A stretch of DNA of 62,977 bases, filler included, from Dehalococcoidia bacterium (GCA_041494685.1; 5 parts of 4 records of this genome joined end to end with filler, not necessarily neighbours in it); one strand, 5' to 3'; shown: positions 27,083 to 36,981, counted from the first letter of the whole stretch. Made by a program: numbers and translations. The notes: a model not told the origin generated them from the letters alone.

Positions 27083-28003
27083 TTACGGCGCGCCGACGAA
27101 GGCGACGGCGGCCTTCACGGCGTCGGGGGCGGCGTTGATGGCGTCGTGGCTGAGCAGCGCCGGCGAGTCGATGGCATACGACCGGGAGACGGCCGCCTGG
27201 TCCGGCAGGAACTGCGTGTCGCTGTCATCGACGAAGGGGCCGCCCGGCGCACAGTGGTCCGTGTTGTAGAGACAGTCGAACACGTTGCCGAAGGTCGCGA
27301 GGCGGATGCCCTGTTGCGCCATGACGGCGCTCTGATAGCGCCGGATGTCGGGCGTAGCGGGATCGAGCTTCGCCTCGACGATGTCGGCGCCGGCGAGGTA
27401 CGTCTTGTCGCACGGCAGGATGTCGATGACGACCTTCTTGTCCGGCGAGATGCCCTTGAGCGGCGCGTCCATCGTGACGACGACGTCGATGCCGAGCTTG
27501 TCGCCGTCGGCGCGGGCGGCTTCGCGCGCGCCCTCGAGAAACGCGAGGTAGCCGCCGAGGCTGTGGCCGACGAGCGTGAAGTGTGCGCCGGGGCGCCGCT
27601 TGCGCAGGTCCTTCAGCATCTGCTCGAGCGGCGCGAGATTCGCGACGGGCGCGCGGTCGGTGAGCGCGCAGTCGTAGGGCGCGGGGCGCCAGGCGCCGCC
27701 GGCGTCGACGGTGCCGCCGGCATAGCTGAAGTCGAGCAGCGACGACCGTTCGTAGCCGCGCGCGATGAAGGCCGTCTTGAGCGTGTCGAAGCGATGCGCT
27801 TCGACGCCGTTCGGCTGCGTGCCGGTGGCGTCATAGGTGGTGTAGATGCCCTGCAGGAAGATGACGACGCGGGTGCCGGGCGGGTAGCAGCGCGCGGCGG
27901 TGAGCAGCGCCATCGCCGCCAGCAGCGGCAGCGCGAAGGCGGCCACGCGCAGGCGCGGCCTGCGCGGGCGGCTCACCCGCGTTACGTCGACGCGCTCGTT
28001 CAT
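27083..28003 (-). CDS. Exported alpha/beta hydrolase
   Basis: Signal/lipoprotein-like N-terminus; IFLQGI, GHSLGG nucleophile elbow, C-terminal SHD. Confidence 0.8.
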   Translation of the reverse strand: MNERVDVTRVSRPRRPRLRVAAFALPLLAAMALLTAARCYPPGTRVVIFLQGIYTTYDATGTQPNGVEAHRFDTLKTAFIARGYERSSLLDFSYAGGTVDAGGAWRPAPYDCALTDRAPVANLAPLEQMLKDLRKRRPGAHFTLVGHSLGGYLAFLEGAREAARADGDKLGIDVVVTMDAPLKGISPDKKVVIDILPCDKTYLAGADIVEAKLDPATPDIRRYQSAVMAQQGIRLATFGNVFDCLYNTDHCAPGGPFVDDSDTQFLPDQAAVSRSYAIDSPALLSHDAINAAPDAVKAAVAFVGAP

Positions 28004-28055
28004 CGCATTCCCTTCCGACAGTATCGGCAGCGGGCGCGGCCCGATCAGGGGCCGA

Positions 28056-28697
28056 TCAGCCCAGGAACTCATAGCCGCCGGTGACGCCCTCGGGCTTCTG
28101 GTCCATGATCACGTTCACGCAGGCGGGCTTGCCGCTCGCGAAGGCGCGCTCGATCGCCGGGAAGATTTGGTCCGGCTCGGTGACGAACTCGCCGTGGCCG
28201 CCGAGCGCCTCTACGACCTTGTCGTAACGGGCGTTGTCGCCCAGGCGCGTGGCAACCACGCGGTCCTCACCGTACATCTTCGCCTGGCCGACGATGATCT
28301 GGCCCCACTGACGGTCGTTGCCGATGACGGAGACGACCGGCATGTTGAAACGCACGAACGTGTCGAAATCGAAGCCGTTGAGGCCGAACGAGCCGTCGCC
28401 GTTCACCATCAGCAGCTTCTTCTCCGGATGGACGACCTGGGCGGCCATGCAGAAGCCGGTGCCGACGCCGAGCGTGCCAAGCGGACCGGGGCCCATGAAC
28501 TGGCCGGGGTGGTTGACGGGCAGCACCTGCGACGCCAGGCCGACGATGTCGCCGCCGTCGCCTACGACGATGGTCTCGTCGTCGACGAACTTGGCGATCT
28601 CGTTGCAGAGGCGCAGCGGGTGGATGGGGTTGGCATCGGAGTGGAGCCAGCGCTGGCGCAGCTCCGTGACCTTCGTCTCGCCGTCGCGAAGCTTGGC
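28056..28697 (-). CDS. Thiamine pyrophosphate-binding enzyme (acetolactate synthase-like), C-terminal part
   Basis: GDGGD, PGPLGTLGVG, GDGSFG...GND TPP motif; truncated by contig end. Confidence 0.85.
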   Translation of the reverse strand, partial: AKLRDGETKVTELRQRWLHSDANPIHPLRLCNEIAKFVDDETIVVGDGGDIVGLASQVLPVNHPGQFMGPGPLGTLGVGTGFCMAAQVVHPEKKLLMVNGDGSFGLNGFDFDTFVRFNMPVVSVIGNDRQWGQIIVGQAKMYGEDRVVATRLGDNARYDKVVEALGGHGEFVTEPDQIFPAIERAFASGKPACVNVIMDQKPEGVTGGYEFLG

Positions 28698-28699
28698 GA

Positions 28700-28799
28700 N
28701 NNNNNNNNNNNNNNNNNNNNNNNNNNNNNNNNNNNNNNNNNNNTTAATTAATTAANNNNNNNNNNNNNNNNNNNNNNNNNNNNNNNNNNNNNNNNNNNN
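28700..28799. other. Artificial contig spacer
   Basis: 100-nt N-run with TTAATTAATTAA. Confidence 0.99.
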
Positions 28800-28925
28800 C
28801 CGCGCGGGGTCCTTGGCGAGCAGCGCGTGCGCGCCCAGTCCGATCTCGTCCACGTCCTCGAACTCACTGGTGGCGTCCACGTTCGGCACGCCGATCGTGA
28901 CGGAGTTCATGCGGTGGAGCGCCAT
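28800..28925 (-). pseudogene. VOC/extradiol dioxygenase-like gene start, apparently internally deleted, running off contig
   Basis: AAGGAGG SD; MALHRMNSVTIGVPNVDATSEF joined directly to EDVDEIGLGAHALLAKDPAR. Confidence 0.5.
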
Positions 28926-29094
28926 AGCGTCCTCCTTCGCCGCGCCCTTGGTGAACCGAACTGGCCCGGCGTGCTTCCGGGATCCTATCGCCAGGCTGGC
29001 GGGCGGCGCACCGTGGCCCCCGCGTCGTCGCCGTCCCCATACGCGCCGCCGGCGCTACAATCGACCCAAGACGCAGCAGCGAGGAGTGTGCGAC

Positions 29095-29865
29095 ATGACC
29101 GTCCGATACGAGACTCACGACGAGGTTGCGGTCGTCACGATCGACCGGCCGCAGGTGCGCAACGCGGTCGACCGGCCGACGGCGGCGGCGCTGGCGGACG
29201 CCTTCCGCCGCTTCGACGCGGACGACGCGCTGAAGTGCGCCGTGCTCACGGGCGCCGAGGGCGCGTTCTGCGCGGGCGCCGACCTGAAGGCGGTCGCGAC
29301 CGACCGGGGCAACCGCGTCGATGCGGCCGCCGACGGGCCGATGGGGCCGACGTTCATGCTGCTCTCCAAGCCGGTGATCGCGGCCGTCGAGGGTCACGCC
29401 GTCGCGGGCGGGCTGGAACTGGCGCTGTGGTGCGACCTGCGCGTGGCGGCGCGCGACGCCGTGTTCGGCGTCTACTGCCGCCGCTGGGGCGTGCCGCTGG
29501 TCGACGGCGGCACCGTGCGGCTGCCGCGGCTGATCGGCCAGAGCCACGCGCTGGATCTGATCCTGACGGGCCGCGGCGTCTCCGGCGACGATGCGCTGCG
29601 CATGGGCCTCGCGAACCGCATCGTCGAGCACGGCCAGGCGCTGGACGCGGCGCTGGCGCTCGCGCGCGACCTGGCCGCGTTCCCGCAGCGCTGTTTGCGC
29701 TCCGACCGGCAGTCGTCGTACGAGCAGTGGGGCATGCCGCTGCGCGACGCCCTGGCGAACGAGACGGCGCGCGGGCTGGAGACGATTCGCTCCGGCGAGA
29801 CACTGGCGGGCGCGGCGCGCTTCGCCGCGGGTAAGGGCCGCCACGGCAACTTCGCGGACATCTAG
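29095..29865 (+). CDS. Enoyl-CoA hydratase/isomerase (crotonase)
   Basis: RNAVD, FCAGADLK, AVAGGLELALWCDLR. Confidence 0.93.
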   Translation: MTVRYETHDEVAVVTIDRPQVRNAVDRPTAAALADAFRRFDADDALKCAVLTGAEGAFCAGADLKAVATDRGNRVDAAADGPMGPTFMLLSKPVIAAVEGHAVAGGLELALWCDLRVAARDAVFGVYCRRWGVPLVDGGTVRLPRLIGQSHALDLILTGRGVSGDDALRMGLANRIVEHGQALDAALALARDLAAFPQRCLRSDRQSSYEQWGMPLRDALANETARGLETIRSGETLAGAARFAAGKGRHGNFADI

Positions 29866-29869
29866 CGGA

Positions 29870-29895
29870 CCGAGAACCCGGAACTTAGAACCTGG
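29870..29895 (+). repeat. Heptamer repeat array, left arm
   Basis: CCGAGAAC CCGGAAC TTAGAAC CTGG. Confidence 0.65.
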
Positions 29896-29934
29896 CCGCG
29901 TCCGGGAGAGTCGAAACGAATCAACGCCGTCCGC

Positions 29935-30561
29935 TCACTCGACGATGAGAACGGGCCGCGTCGCGTGCTTCACGATGTGATCGGAGACGGATCCGAGAAG
30001 CGCACGGCTGACGCCGGCGCCACGGCGGCCGACGATGATCAGGTCCGCCTGCTCGCGGTCCGCGAGCCGCACGATCTCCTCTCCGGGTTGCCCGAACGCG
30101 ACGGCGATGCGCGCGGGTACACCTCCGGAGCCGAGCGCTTCGAGCGTGGCTCCCGTCATGGCCGCTACGCTCGCGTCGCGCTCTCTGCCGGCCTGTTCGC
30201 TGTTCCCGGGCTCAGCTTCGTGGGGGAGCACACAGACAAGGATCACTTCAGTGTTCCCGCTCCCGTCTCTCAGAATGTGGTCCGCGATACGAGATCCGGC
30301 CGCGGACCCGTCACTGCCCACGACGATACGGGTTCGACCCGGAACCTTGCGGGTGCCGGGCGCCGATGGCCGCCGCTGGCGTTCGACGTCAGCGCTTCGC
30401 GTTCCGATCAGCGCGATGATGGCGATTGGTCCCATCGCCGCCGAGAGCAGCAACCAGCCGAAGGGGTCGCGTCCCCACCGCAGGGCCAGATACGTCACGA
30501 TGATCATCGTGACGAGCACGAGAATCAGCCAGGGCACCACGATTTCCAACAGCAGAAGCAC
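29935..30561 (-). CDS. Universal stress protein with N-terminal membrane anchor
   Basis: Two TM segments; IVVGSDGS...ADLIIVGRRG...LLGSVSDHIVKHATRPVLIV. Confidence 0.9.
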   Translation of the reverse strand: MLLLLEIVVPWLILVLVTMIIVTYLALRWGRDPFGWLLLSAAMGPIAIIALIGTRSADVERQRRPSAPGTRKVPGRTRIVVGSDGSAAGSRIADHILRDGSGNTEVILVCVLPHEAEPGNSEQAGRERDASVAAMTGATLEALGSGGVPARIAVAFGQPGEEIVRLADREQADLIIVGRRGAGVSRALLGSVSDHIVKHATRPVLIVE

Positions 30562-30674
30562 GATATCCCCGGGCGGCAGCGAACTGCCGCGGCTCGAAAC
30601 GCTTGGGCGAGTGATAAATGGTAGCCCTTATCCGTTTCGTAAGGAACGTCGCGACTCATGCTAGGCTCCGGCGT

Positions 30675-30713
30675 CCGGTTCCGAGTCTTGGGTTCTTGGT
30701 TCTAAGTTCTCGG
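30675..30713 (-). repeat. Heptamer repeat array, right arm (inverted)
   Basis: Reverse complement CCGAGAAC TTAGAAC CAAGAAC CCAAGAC TCGGAAC CGG. Confidence 0.65.
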
Positions 30714-30717
30714 ACAA

Positions 30718-32787
30718 CTACCGCAGGTGGCGTTGCAAGGGCAGCTCGCGGATGCGCTGGCTCGTGCGGTCGTACACCGCATTCGCGATCGCCGCGGCGA
30801 TCGGCACGATGGCGGGCTCGCCGGCGCCGGTCGAGGGCGTCGTGTCGTCGCCGCAGAGCAGCGTCTCGATCGCCGGCGCGTCGTTGGTGCGCGGCACGCG
30901 GTAGCGGGTGAAGCCGGCGTTCAGCACGCGGCCGCCCTGGAAGTCGATCGCCTCGTACAGCGCGGTGCCCATGCCCTGCACGATCGAGCCTTCCACCTGG
31001 TTGCGCACGCCGTCGGGGTTCACGACGAGGCCGCAGTCCAGCGCCGCCGTGACGCGCTCGACGCGCGCCTCCGTGCCCTGCACGTCGAGCTGCACGCACG
31101 TCGCCGCGTAGCTGCCGACGTCGATGCCGATGGCGACGCCCTGGCCTTTGCCCGCGCCCCAGCCATGCGCTTCGGCTGCGCGCTCCAGCACGCGCCGGAA
31201 GCGCGGGTTGGCGAGGTTGCGCAGCCGCAGCTCGACCGGATCGATCTTGAGCAGCGCCGCGATCTCGTCGATGTGGACTTCGCGCGCGAAGTGGTTGACC
31301 GCGCCGCCCAGCGAGCGGTAGGAGCCGGGCGGCAGCGGGCTGTCGCTGGTGTACGTCGTCACCTTGACGTGCGGCGTCTCGTACGGCGTGTCCGAGCCGC
31401 GGCGCCCGATGAACGGGCGGTCGCCGGCGTGGTAGGCGTCGCACTGCCACGCGACGATCGTGCCGTCGGCGCGGAAGCCGCTCTTGATCGTGATCAGCGC
31501 GGCGGGGCGAAACGTCGCGTAGGTCATCTCGTCGGCGCGGTCGTACGCCACGCGCACCGGCCGACCCGCCAGCTTCGCCAGCCGCGCCGCCTCGATCGCC
31601 AGCGGGTACGGGCTCTTGCTGCCGAACGCGCCGCCCACTTCCGGCACGATGACGCGGATCTGCGTCTCCTCGATGCCGAGCGCCTGCGCCAGCTCCGTGC
31701 GGATGCCGAACGGGCGCTGGGTGCCGGCCCAGACGGTCACGCGACCGCCGTCCCAGCGCGCGACGGCCACGCGCGGCTCCATCGGCGCGTTCGAGACGAA
31801 CGGGATGAAGTAGGTCGCCTCCAGCACGCTCGCGGCGGCGCGGAACCCTTCGTCGAGAGACCCGGCCTCCTGCGTCACGAACGGGTCGTGGCCGCTGCTC
31901 AGCAGCAGCGCCGGCAGATCGAGATGCGACGGGTGGTCCGCGCGCTCCGACCACTGCGCCTGCACGATGGACGCCGCCCGCGCGGCGTGCTCGTCCGTAT
32001 CCGCCAGCACGGCGGCGAGGTCGCCATCGTGGATGACCTGCGCTACGCCGGGCATGCGCTCGGCGACGGAGAGATCGACCGAGGCGAGCTGCGCGCCGCG
32101 TGAGGGCGGGCGCAGCACCGCGGCGAAGAGCATGCCGTCCGTCGCGATGTCCTGCGTGTACTTCGCCGCGCCGGTGACGCGCGCGACCGCGTCGATACGG
32201 ACGTGGCGTCCGCCCATGACGGTGAATTCCGCCGGGGGCGTGAGCGCGATCTCCTCGTCGACGTCGCGCGCGATGCTGCGGCCGGCGATGAGGTCGCCGT
32301 AGCTGATGGCGCGTGACACGTCGCCGCGCGGCGCGACGCGGCCGTCCGACGCCGTCAGCTCGCCCGCCGGCAGGTCGAGGCGGTCGGCGGCCATCTCGAT
32401 CAGCGCCTGGCGCGCGGTGGCGGCCACCTTGCGCAGCTGCAGGCCAACGCGCGCGGTCGACTGGCTGCCGAACGTGCCCATGTCCCACGGCACCAGGTCC
32501 GTGTCCGCCAGCACGACCTCCACCGACTCCAGCGGCACGCGCAGCTCGTCCGCGACCTCGATGGCAAAGCCGGTGCGGATGCCCTGGCCGTACTCCACCT
32601 TGCCCGCGTACGCGACGACGCTGCCGTCGGGCCGGACAGTGAGCCAGCGCGCGCTGACGGTGTCGGGCTGGGTGTTGCCGTAGGCGGCGTTGGCGTAGCT
32701 CTGGCGGGGCAGCGGGAAGCCCATCGCCACCTGCCCTACGACGTGCAGCCCCGGCTCCTGGGTCGCCGCCGCCGTGTCGCCGCTCAT
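30718..32787 (-). CDS. Molybdopterin-dependent oxidoreductase large subunit (IorB/xanthine dehydrogenase family)
   Basis: GKVEYGQG, GTFGSQS, PMEP, VGGAFGSK, NQVEG, GAGEP. Confidence 0.9.
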   Translation of the reverse strand: MSGDTAAATQEPGLHVVGQVAMGFPLPRQSYANAAYGNTQPDTVSARWLTVRPDGSVVAYAGKVEYGQGIRTGFAIEVADELRVPLESVEVVLADTDLVPWDMGTFGSQSTARVGLQLRKVAATARQALIEMAADRLDLPAGELTASDGRVAPRGDVSRAISYGDLIAGRSIARDVDEEIALTPPAEFTVMGGRHVRIDAVARVTGAAKYTQDIATDGMLFAAVLRPPSRGAQLASVDLSVAERMPGVAQVIHDGDLAAVLADTDEHAARAASIVQAQWSERADHPSHLDLPALLLSSGHDPFVTQEAGSLDEGFRAAASVLEATYFIPFVSNAPMEPRVAVARWDGGRVTVWAGTQRPFGIRTELAQALGIEETQIRVIVPEVGGAFGSKSPYPLAIEAARLAKLAGRPVRVAYDRADEMTYATFRPAALITIKSGFRADGTIVAWQCDAYHAGDRPFIGRRGSDTPYETPHVKVTTYTSDSPLPPGSYRSLGGAVNHFAREVHIDEIAALLKIDPVELRLRNLANPRFRRVLERAAEAHGWGAGKGQGVAIGIDVGSYAATCVQLDVQGTEARVERVTAALDCGLVVNPDGVRNQVEGSIVQGMGTALYEAIDFQGGRVLNAGFTRYRVPRTNDAPAIETLLCGDDTTPSTGAGEPAIVPIAAAIANAVYDRTSQRIRELPLQRHLR

Positions 32788-33251
32788 TGCCGCTCTCCGC
32801 TCATGCGCTGCGCGGCCTGCTCGACCGCCCCGAGGATGCGCTGGTAGGTGCCGCAGCGGCACATGTTCAGCGCCAGTGCCTCGCGGATCTGGGCGGAGCC
32901 CGGGTGCGCGTCGCGGGCGAGGAGCGCCACCGAGGTCATGATGAAGCCAGGGATGCAGTAGCCGCACTGCATCGCGGACGCGTCAACGAACGCCTGCTGC
33001 ACCGGGTGCAGCGCGCCGTCCGCCGCCAGCCCTTCGATCGTGGTGATGTCGCCACCGGCCACCGCGCCGACGGTTGTGGTGCAGGACCGCAGCGCCTGGC
33101 CATCGACCAGTACCGTGCAGGCGCCGCAGAGCCCTTCGCCGCAGCCGTACTTCGTGCCCGTGAGCCCCACGTCGTACCGGATGAAGCTCAGGAGGTTGCG
33201 TCCTGGCTCCGCCGCCTCGTGAGGCTGCCCGTTGATGCGCAGCGTGACCAT
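32784..33251 (-). CDS. (2Fe-2S)-binding small subunit (IorA/CoxS family)
   Basis: GCGEGLCGAC, QCGYC, CRCG. Confidence 0.93.
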   Translation of the reverse strand: MVTLRINGQPHEAAEPGRNLLSFIRYDVGLTGTKYGCGEGLCGACTVLVDGQALRSCTTTVGAVAGGDITTIEGLAADGALHPVQQAFVDASAMQCGYCIPGFIMTSVALLARDAHPGSAQIREALALNMCRCGTYQRILGAVEQAAQRMSGERQ

Positions 33252-33392
33252 CGCGCGTCCCTCCGCAAATGAGACATGATCGGCGATCTGATCGTTACGG
33301 TGGGGCAGGCCAGTGTCAAGGAGAGAGGCCGGCGCTTGCCCCGCCGGCCGGGATCGTGCCACGATGACGCACTTGCTGAAGGAGGGTGCGGC

Positions 33393-34499
33393 ATGGGCGA
33401 CGCGACGGACTTTCCACGGGCTCTGGATCAGGTCACGCCGGGCTGGCTGACGCAGATTCTGCGTGGCGCGGGCGCGATCACGAGCGCCAGCGTCACGTCG
33501 TTCGGCATGGAGCGCGTCGGCGTGGGAGTCGGCTTCCTGGGCCAGCTCGGGCGGATCACGCCTGCGTACGACCGCCCGGAAGCTGGCGCGCCGTCGGCGC
33601 TCATCGGCAAGTTTCCGGCGGACGACGAGGCCGCGCGCGACATGGCCGCGATGTACGGCTTCTACAGCGCCGAGCTCAACTTCTACCGCGAGATCGCACG
33701 CGAAGTCTCGACGCGCACGGCGCACTGTTACTACGCCGCGATTACCGACGACGGGCGCGAGTTCGCACTGGTCACGGAGGACCTGTCGCAGACCGGGCAC
33801 GTGGGCGACCAGGTGCGCGGCTGCTCGCTCGAGCAGGCGCGCATGGCGCCCCGCGAGCTGGCGCGCTTCCACGCCGCGTGGTGGGACCACCCCGGGCTGC
33901 CGGCGATGTCGTGGCTGCCGGTGGGCACGGACCTGACGCGGATCTCCTGGGAGCAGGCCTATCCGTACGGCTGGCAGCCGGCGCTCGAGCGCTACGAGCG
34001 GTTTCTGACGCCCCAGGTGCGGGAGGCCGCGCCGCACCTCAACGAGCGGCTGCTCGCCATGCTGCCGCAGTTCGACGCGATGCCGCAGACGATCATGCAC
34101 GGCGACTACCGGCTGGACAACATGTTCTTCGGCGATCCGGGAAGCGGCTACGACGTGGCGGTCATCGACTGGCAGATCCTCAACCGCGGCTGGGCCACGT
34201 ACGACGTCGCCTACTTCGTCAGCCTGAACCTGCCGGTGGCGGACCGCCGCGCGCACGAACGGGATCTGGTGCGCGAGTACTACGACACGCTGACCGCCGC
34301 GGGCCCGCGCGTGAGCTACACATGGGAGGCCTGCTGGCAGGACTACGTCCGTTCGCTCGCGGTGTACCTGTGCAACAACATCGGCAACGTGGCCACGCTG
34401 GACACGGCGAACGAGCGCGGCGCTCAGCTCTTCGACGAGATGTTCGAGCGCGTCGCCACGGCCGTGATCGACCTCGACGCGTTGTCGCTGGTGCCCTGA
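33393..34499 (+). CDS. Aminoglycoside/ecdysteroid kinase-like phosphotransferase
   Basis: HGDYRLDNMFF, VIDWQ. Confidence 0.85.
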   Translation: MGDATDFPRALDQVTPGWLTQILRGAGAITSASVTSFGMERVGVGVGFLGQLGRITPAYDRPEAGAPSALIGKFPADDEAARDMAAMYGFYSAELNFYREIAREVSTRTAHCYYAAITDDGREFALVTEDLSQTGHVGDQVRGCSLEQARMAPRELARFHAAWWDHPGLPAMSWLPVGTDLTRISWEQAYPYGWQPALERYERFLTPQVREAAPHLNERLLAMLPQFDAMPQTIMHGDYRLDNMFFGDPGSGYDVAVIDWQILNRGWATYDVAYFVSLNLPVADRRAHERDLVREYYDTLTAAGPRVSYTWEACWQDYVRSLAVYLCNNIGNVATLDTANERGAQLFDEMFERVATAVIDLDALSLVP

Positions 34500-34554
34500 C
34501 GGCGTAGCCGCCGCCGCGTGGTGCTGCTAAGGTGGCGCGGGAGCGGCGAACCTC

Positions 34555-35523
34555 ATGCGGTACATCATCTTCGGAGCAGGCGCGGTCGGCGGCGTCATCG
34601 GAGCGCAGCTGCACCGGCACGGGCACGACGTGGCGCTGATCGCGCGCGGCGCGCACCTCGACGCGATCCGCGACTGCGGCCTGACGCTGGAGACGCCGCT
34701 CGGCAGCGAGACGCTGCGCATCCCGGCCGTCGCGCACCCTTCGGAGTTGCGATTCGGCGCGGACGACGTGGTGCTGCTGACCATGAAGACGCAGCACACC
34801 GCCGCCGCGCTCGCCGACCTGCGCTCCGCGGCGGGGCCGGACGTGCCGGTGGTCTGCGCGCAGAACGGCGTTGAGAACGAGCGGATGGCGGCGCGGCTCT
34901 TCGCGCGGGTCTACGCGATGCTGGTGATCCTGCCGGCGACCTACCTGGTACCCGGCCTCGTGCAGGCGCACGCCGCGCCGGTCAGCGGCGTGCTCGATAC
35001 GGGCCGCTATCCGTCCGGCACGGACGATCTGATCGCGCGCGTCGCGTCGGATCTCGATGCGGCGGGCCTGTCGTCGCACGCCGTCCCGGACGCGATGCGC
35101 TGGAAGTACGCGAAGCTGCTCTCGAACCTGGGCAACGCCGTGCAGGCGGCCTGCGGGCTGGACGCGGCGGCGGGCGCGCTGCACGCGCGCGCCCGCGACG
35201 AGGCGCTCGCCTGCTACCGCGCCGCAGGTATCGACTGGGCGAGCGACGCGGAGATGGAGCAGCGGCGGAAGTCGATGTCGCCGCTCGGCGCGATCGCCGG
35301 GCGGGCGCGGGCCGGCGGATCGTCGTGGCAGAGCCTGGCGCGCAGCGCGGGCACTATCGAGTCGGACTATCTGAACGGCGAGATCGTGCTGCTCGGACGG
35401 CTCCACGGCGTCGCCACGCCGGTGAACGCGGCGCTGCAGCGCATCGGCCAGCGGATGACGCGCGAAAAGCTCGCGGCCGGGTCGCTGAGTGCCGCCGACG
35501 TCGAGCGCGAGATCGCCGGCTGA
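34555..35523 (+). CDS. Ketopantoate reductase-family protein
   Basis: GAGAVGG, QNG, KLLSN, E.DYLNG. Confidence 0.85.
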   Translation: MRYIIFGAGAVGGVIGAQLHRHGHDVALIARGAHLDAIRDCGLTLETPLGSETLRIPAVAHPSELRFGADDVVLLTMKTQHTAAALADLRSAAGPDVPVVCAQNGVENERMAARLFARVYAMLVILPATYLVPGLVQAHAAPVSGVLDTGRYPSGTDDLIARVASDLDAAGLSSHAVPDAMRWKYAKLLSNLGNAVQAACGLDAAAGALHARARDEALACYRAAGIDWASDAEMEQRRKSMSPLGAIAGRARAGGSSWQSLARSAGTIESDYLNGEIVLLGRLHGVATPVNAALQRIGQRMTREKLAAGSLSAADVEREIAG

Positions 35524-35524
35524 G

Positions 35525-36298
35525 CTACGCCGCCGGCACCGGCGACGCCTCGGCCAGGAAACGCAGCACCGCGGGCGCGAACGCGGGGCCGAGCGCGGTG
35601 AGGTGATCGCCGGGCACCTTCACGTACTTCGCGCCGGGGATCGCCGCGGCGAGCTTGTCCGCGGGGCCGACCAGCGTGTCGCCCTCGCCGATCAACACCA
35701 GCACCGGCTGCTTCACCTGCCGGAGCTTCGCGGGATCGTAGTTGTGGCGGCGCGGCGTGCGCTGCATCGCTGCCAGCGCCGCCAGGTCGTTGCCCAGGCG
35801 CTCGGCGAAGATGCGGAAGTTGCGCGCCACCTCGGGCTCCGACTTGCCGCGGTCGCCGCTCTCCATCGCCCGGGCGATCGATTCGCTGCGCTCGCGCGGC
35901 ATCCCGCCCTGCACGAGCGCGTCGCCTACGCCCGAGAGGATGACGGCGCGGAAGCGCTCCGGATGCGTGACCAGCAGCGTCGCGGAGATGAAGCCGCCCA
36001 TCGAGTAGCCCATCAGGTCGGCCTGCGCGATGCCGAGGTGGTCCATCAGCGCGATCACGTCGTTCGGCATGGCGTTGTCGGCGTAGGCCTCCGGGTCGTG
36101 CGGCTTGCCGCTCCGCCCGTGGCCGCGGCAGTCCAACGCGATGACGCGCCGCCCCGACTTCACCAGCGCGTCGAAGATGCCGGGCGCGCGCCAGTTCCCC
36201 TCGAGGTTCGCCGCGAAGCCGTGCACCAGCACGATCGGCGGGCCGGCGCCCTCCACGACGTAGTTGATGCTCACCCCGTTCGAGTCGAATGCCGGCAT
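35525..36298 (-). CDS. Alpha/beta hydrolase
   Basis: VHGF, DCRGHGRS, GYSMGG, GDH. Confidence 0.9.
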   Translation of the reverse strand: MPAFDSNGVSINYVVEGAGPPIVLVHGFAANLEGNWRAPGIFDALVKSGRRVIALDCRGHGRSGKPHDPEAYADNAMPNDVIALMDHLGIAQADLMGYSMGGFISATLLVTHPERFRAVILSGVGDALVQGGMPRERSESIARAMESGDRGKSEPEVARNFRIFAERLGNDLAALAAMQRTPRRHNYDPAKLRQVKQPVLVLIGEGDTLVGPADKLAAAIPGAKYVKVPGDHLTALGPAFAPAVLRFLAEASPVPAA

Positions 36299-36381
36299 GC
36301 CGTACCTCCGCGCGCTATCGATGCTTGCCGTCGCAAGTCTACGCCTCCCCCGCGCAACGCGGCAGACCCGGGAGGCCCATC

Positions 36382-36981
36382 TTACGTCGCGTGGCGCAGA
36401 TCGTCGGGCGTGTTCAGGTCCGCCAGCACGGCCGGATCGTCGAACGGAACCTCCTGGACGCGGGCGGGGTCGCGCGCCACGACGGCGCGCGCGCCCTGCG
36501 TGGCCTCGTCGATCGCCAGCAGCTCCGGCAGCAGCGTGCGCGCGAACACCACCGGATGGCCGCGCCGCCCGGCGTGCGCCGGCACGCTGATCGCCACGCC
36601 GGACGCGTCGTGCGCGTCGTGCGCGTCGAGCAGGCGGCGCAGGACAGCTGCCTCGCGCGGCTGATCGACGGCGCAGAGCAGGATCGCGTCAACCGCGGCG
36701 TCGAGCGCGCGCAGGCCGGCGAGCACCGAGCCGGCCTTGCCGCTCTGGTACGCCGGATTGTGCGCGGCGCGGGCCTTCGGCTCGGCCGCGATGATCGCCG
36801 CGAGCGCGGGGGCATCGTGCCCCGTCACGACGATGATCTCGGAGACGTCGGCCAGCGACGCCAGCTCGCGGAGTTGGTACGCCAGCAACGGCACACCGTG
36901 CCAGGGGAGCAGCGCCTTCTGCGCGCTCATACGAGTCGACAGGCCCGCGGCGAGGACGATGGCGGAGACGCGGGCCGTCAC
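36382..36981 (-). CDS. mocA: Molybdenum cofactor cytidylyltransferase-like nucleotidyltransferase
   Basis: LAAGLSTRM..QKALL, DQP, GHPV, DLNTPDD; next to xdhC and Mo-hydroxylases. Confidence 0.85.
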   Translation of the reverse strand: MTARVSAIVLAAGLSTRMSAQKALLPWHGVPLLAYQLRELASLADVSEIIVVTGHDAPALAAIIAAEPKARAAHNPAYQSGKAGSVLAGLRALDAAVDAILLCAVDQPREAAVLRRLLDAHDAHDASGVAISVPAHAGRRGHPVVFARTLLPELLAIDEATQGARAVVARDPARVQEVPFDDPAVLADLNTPDDLRHAT

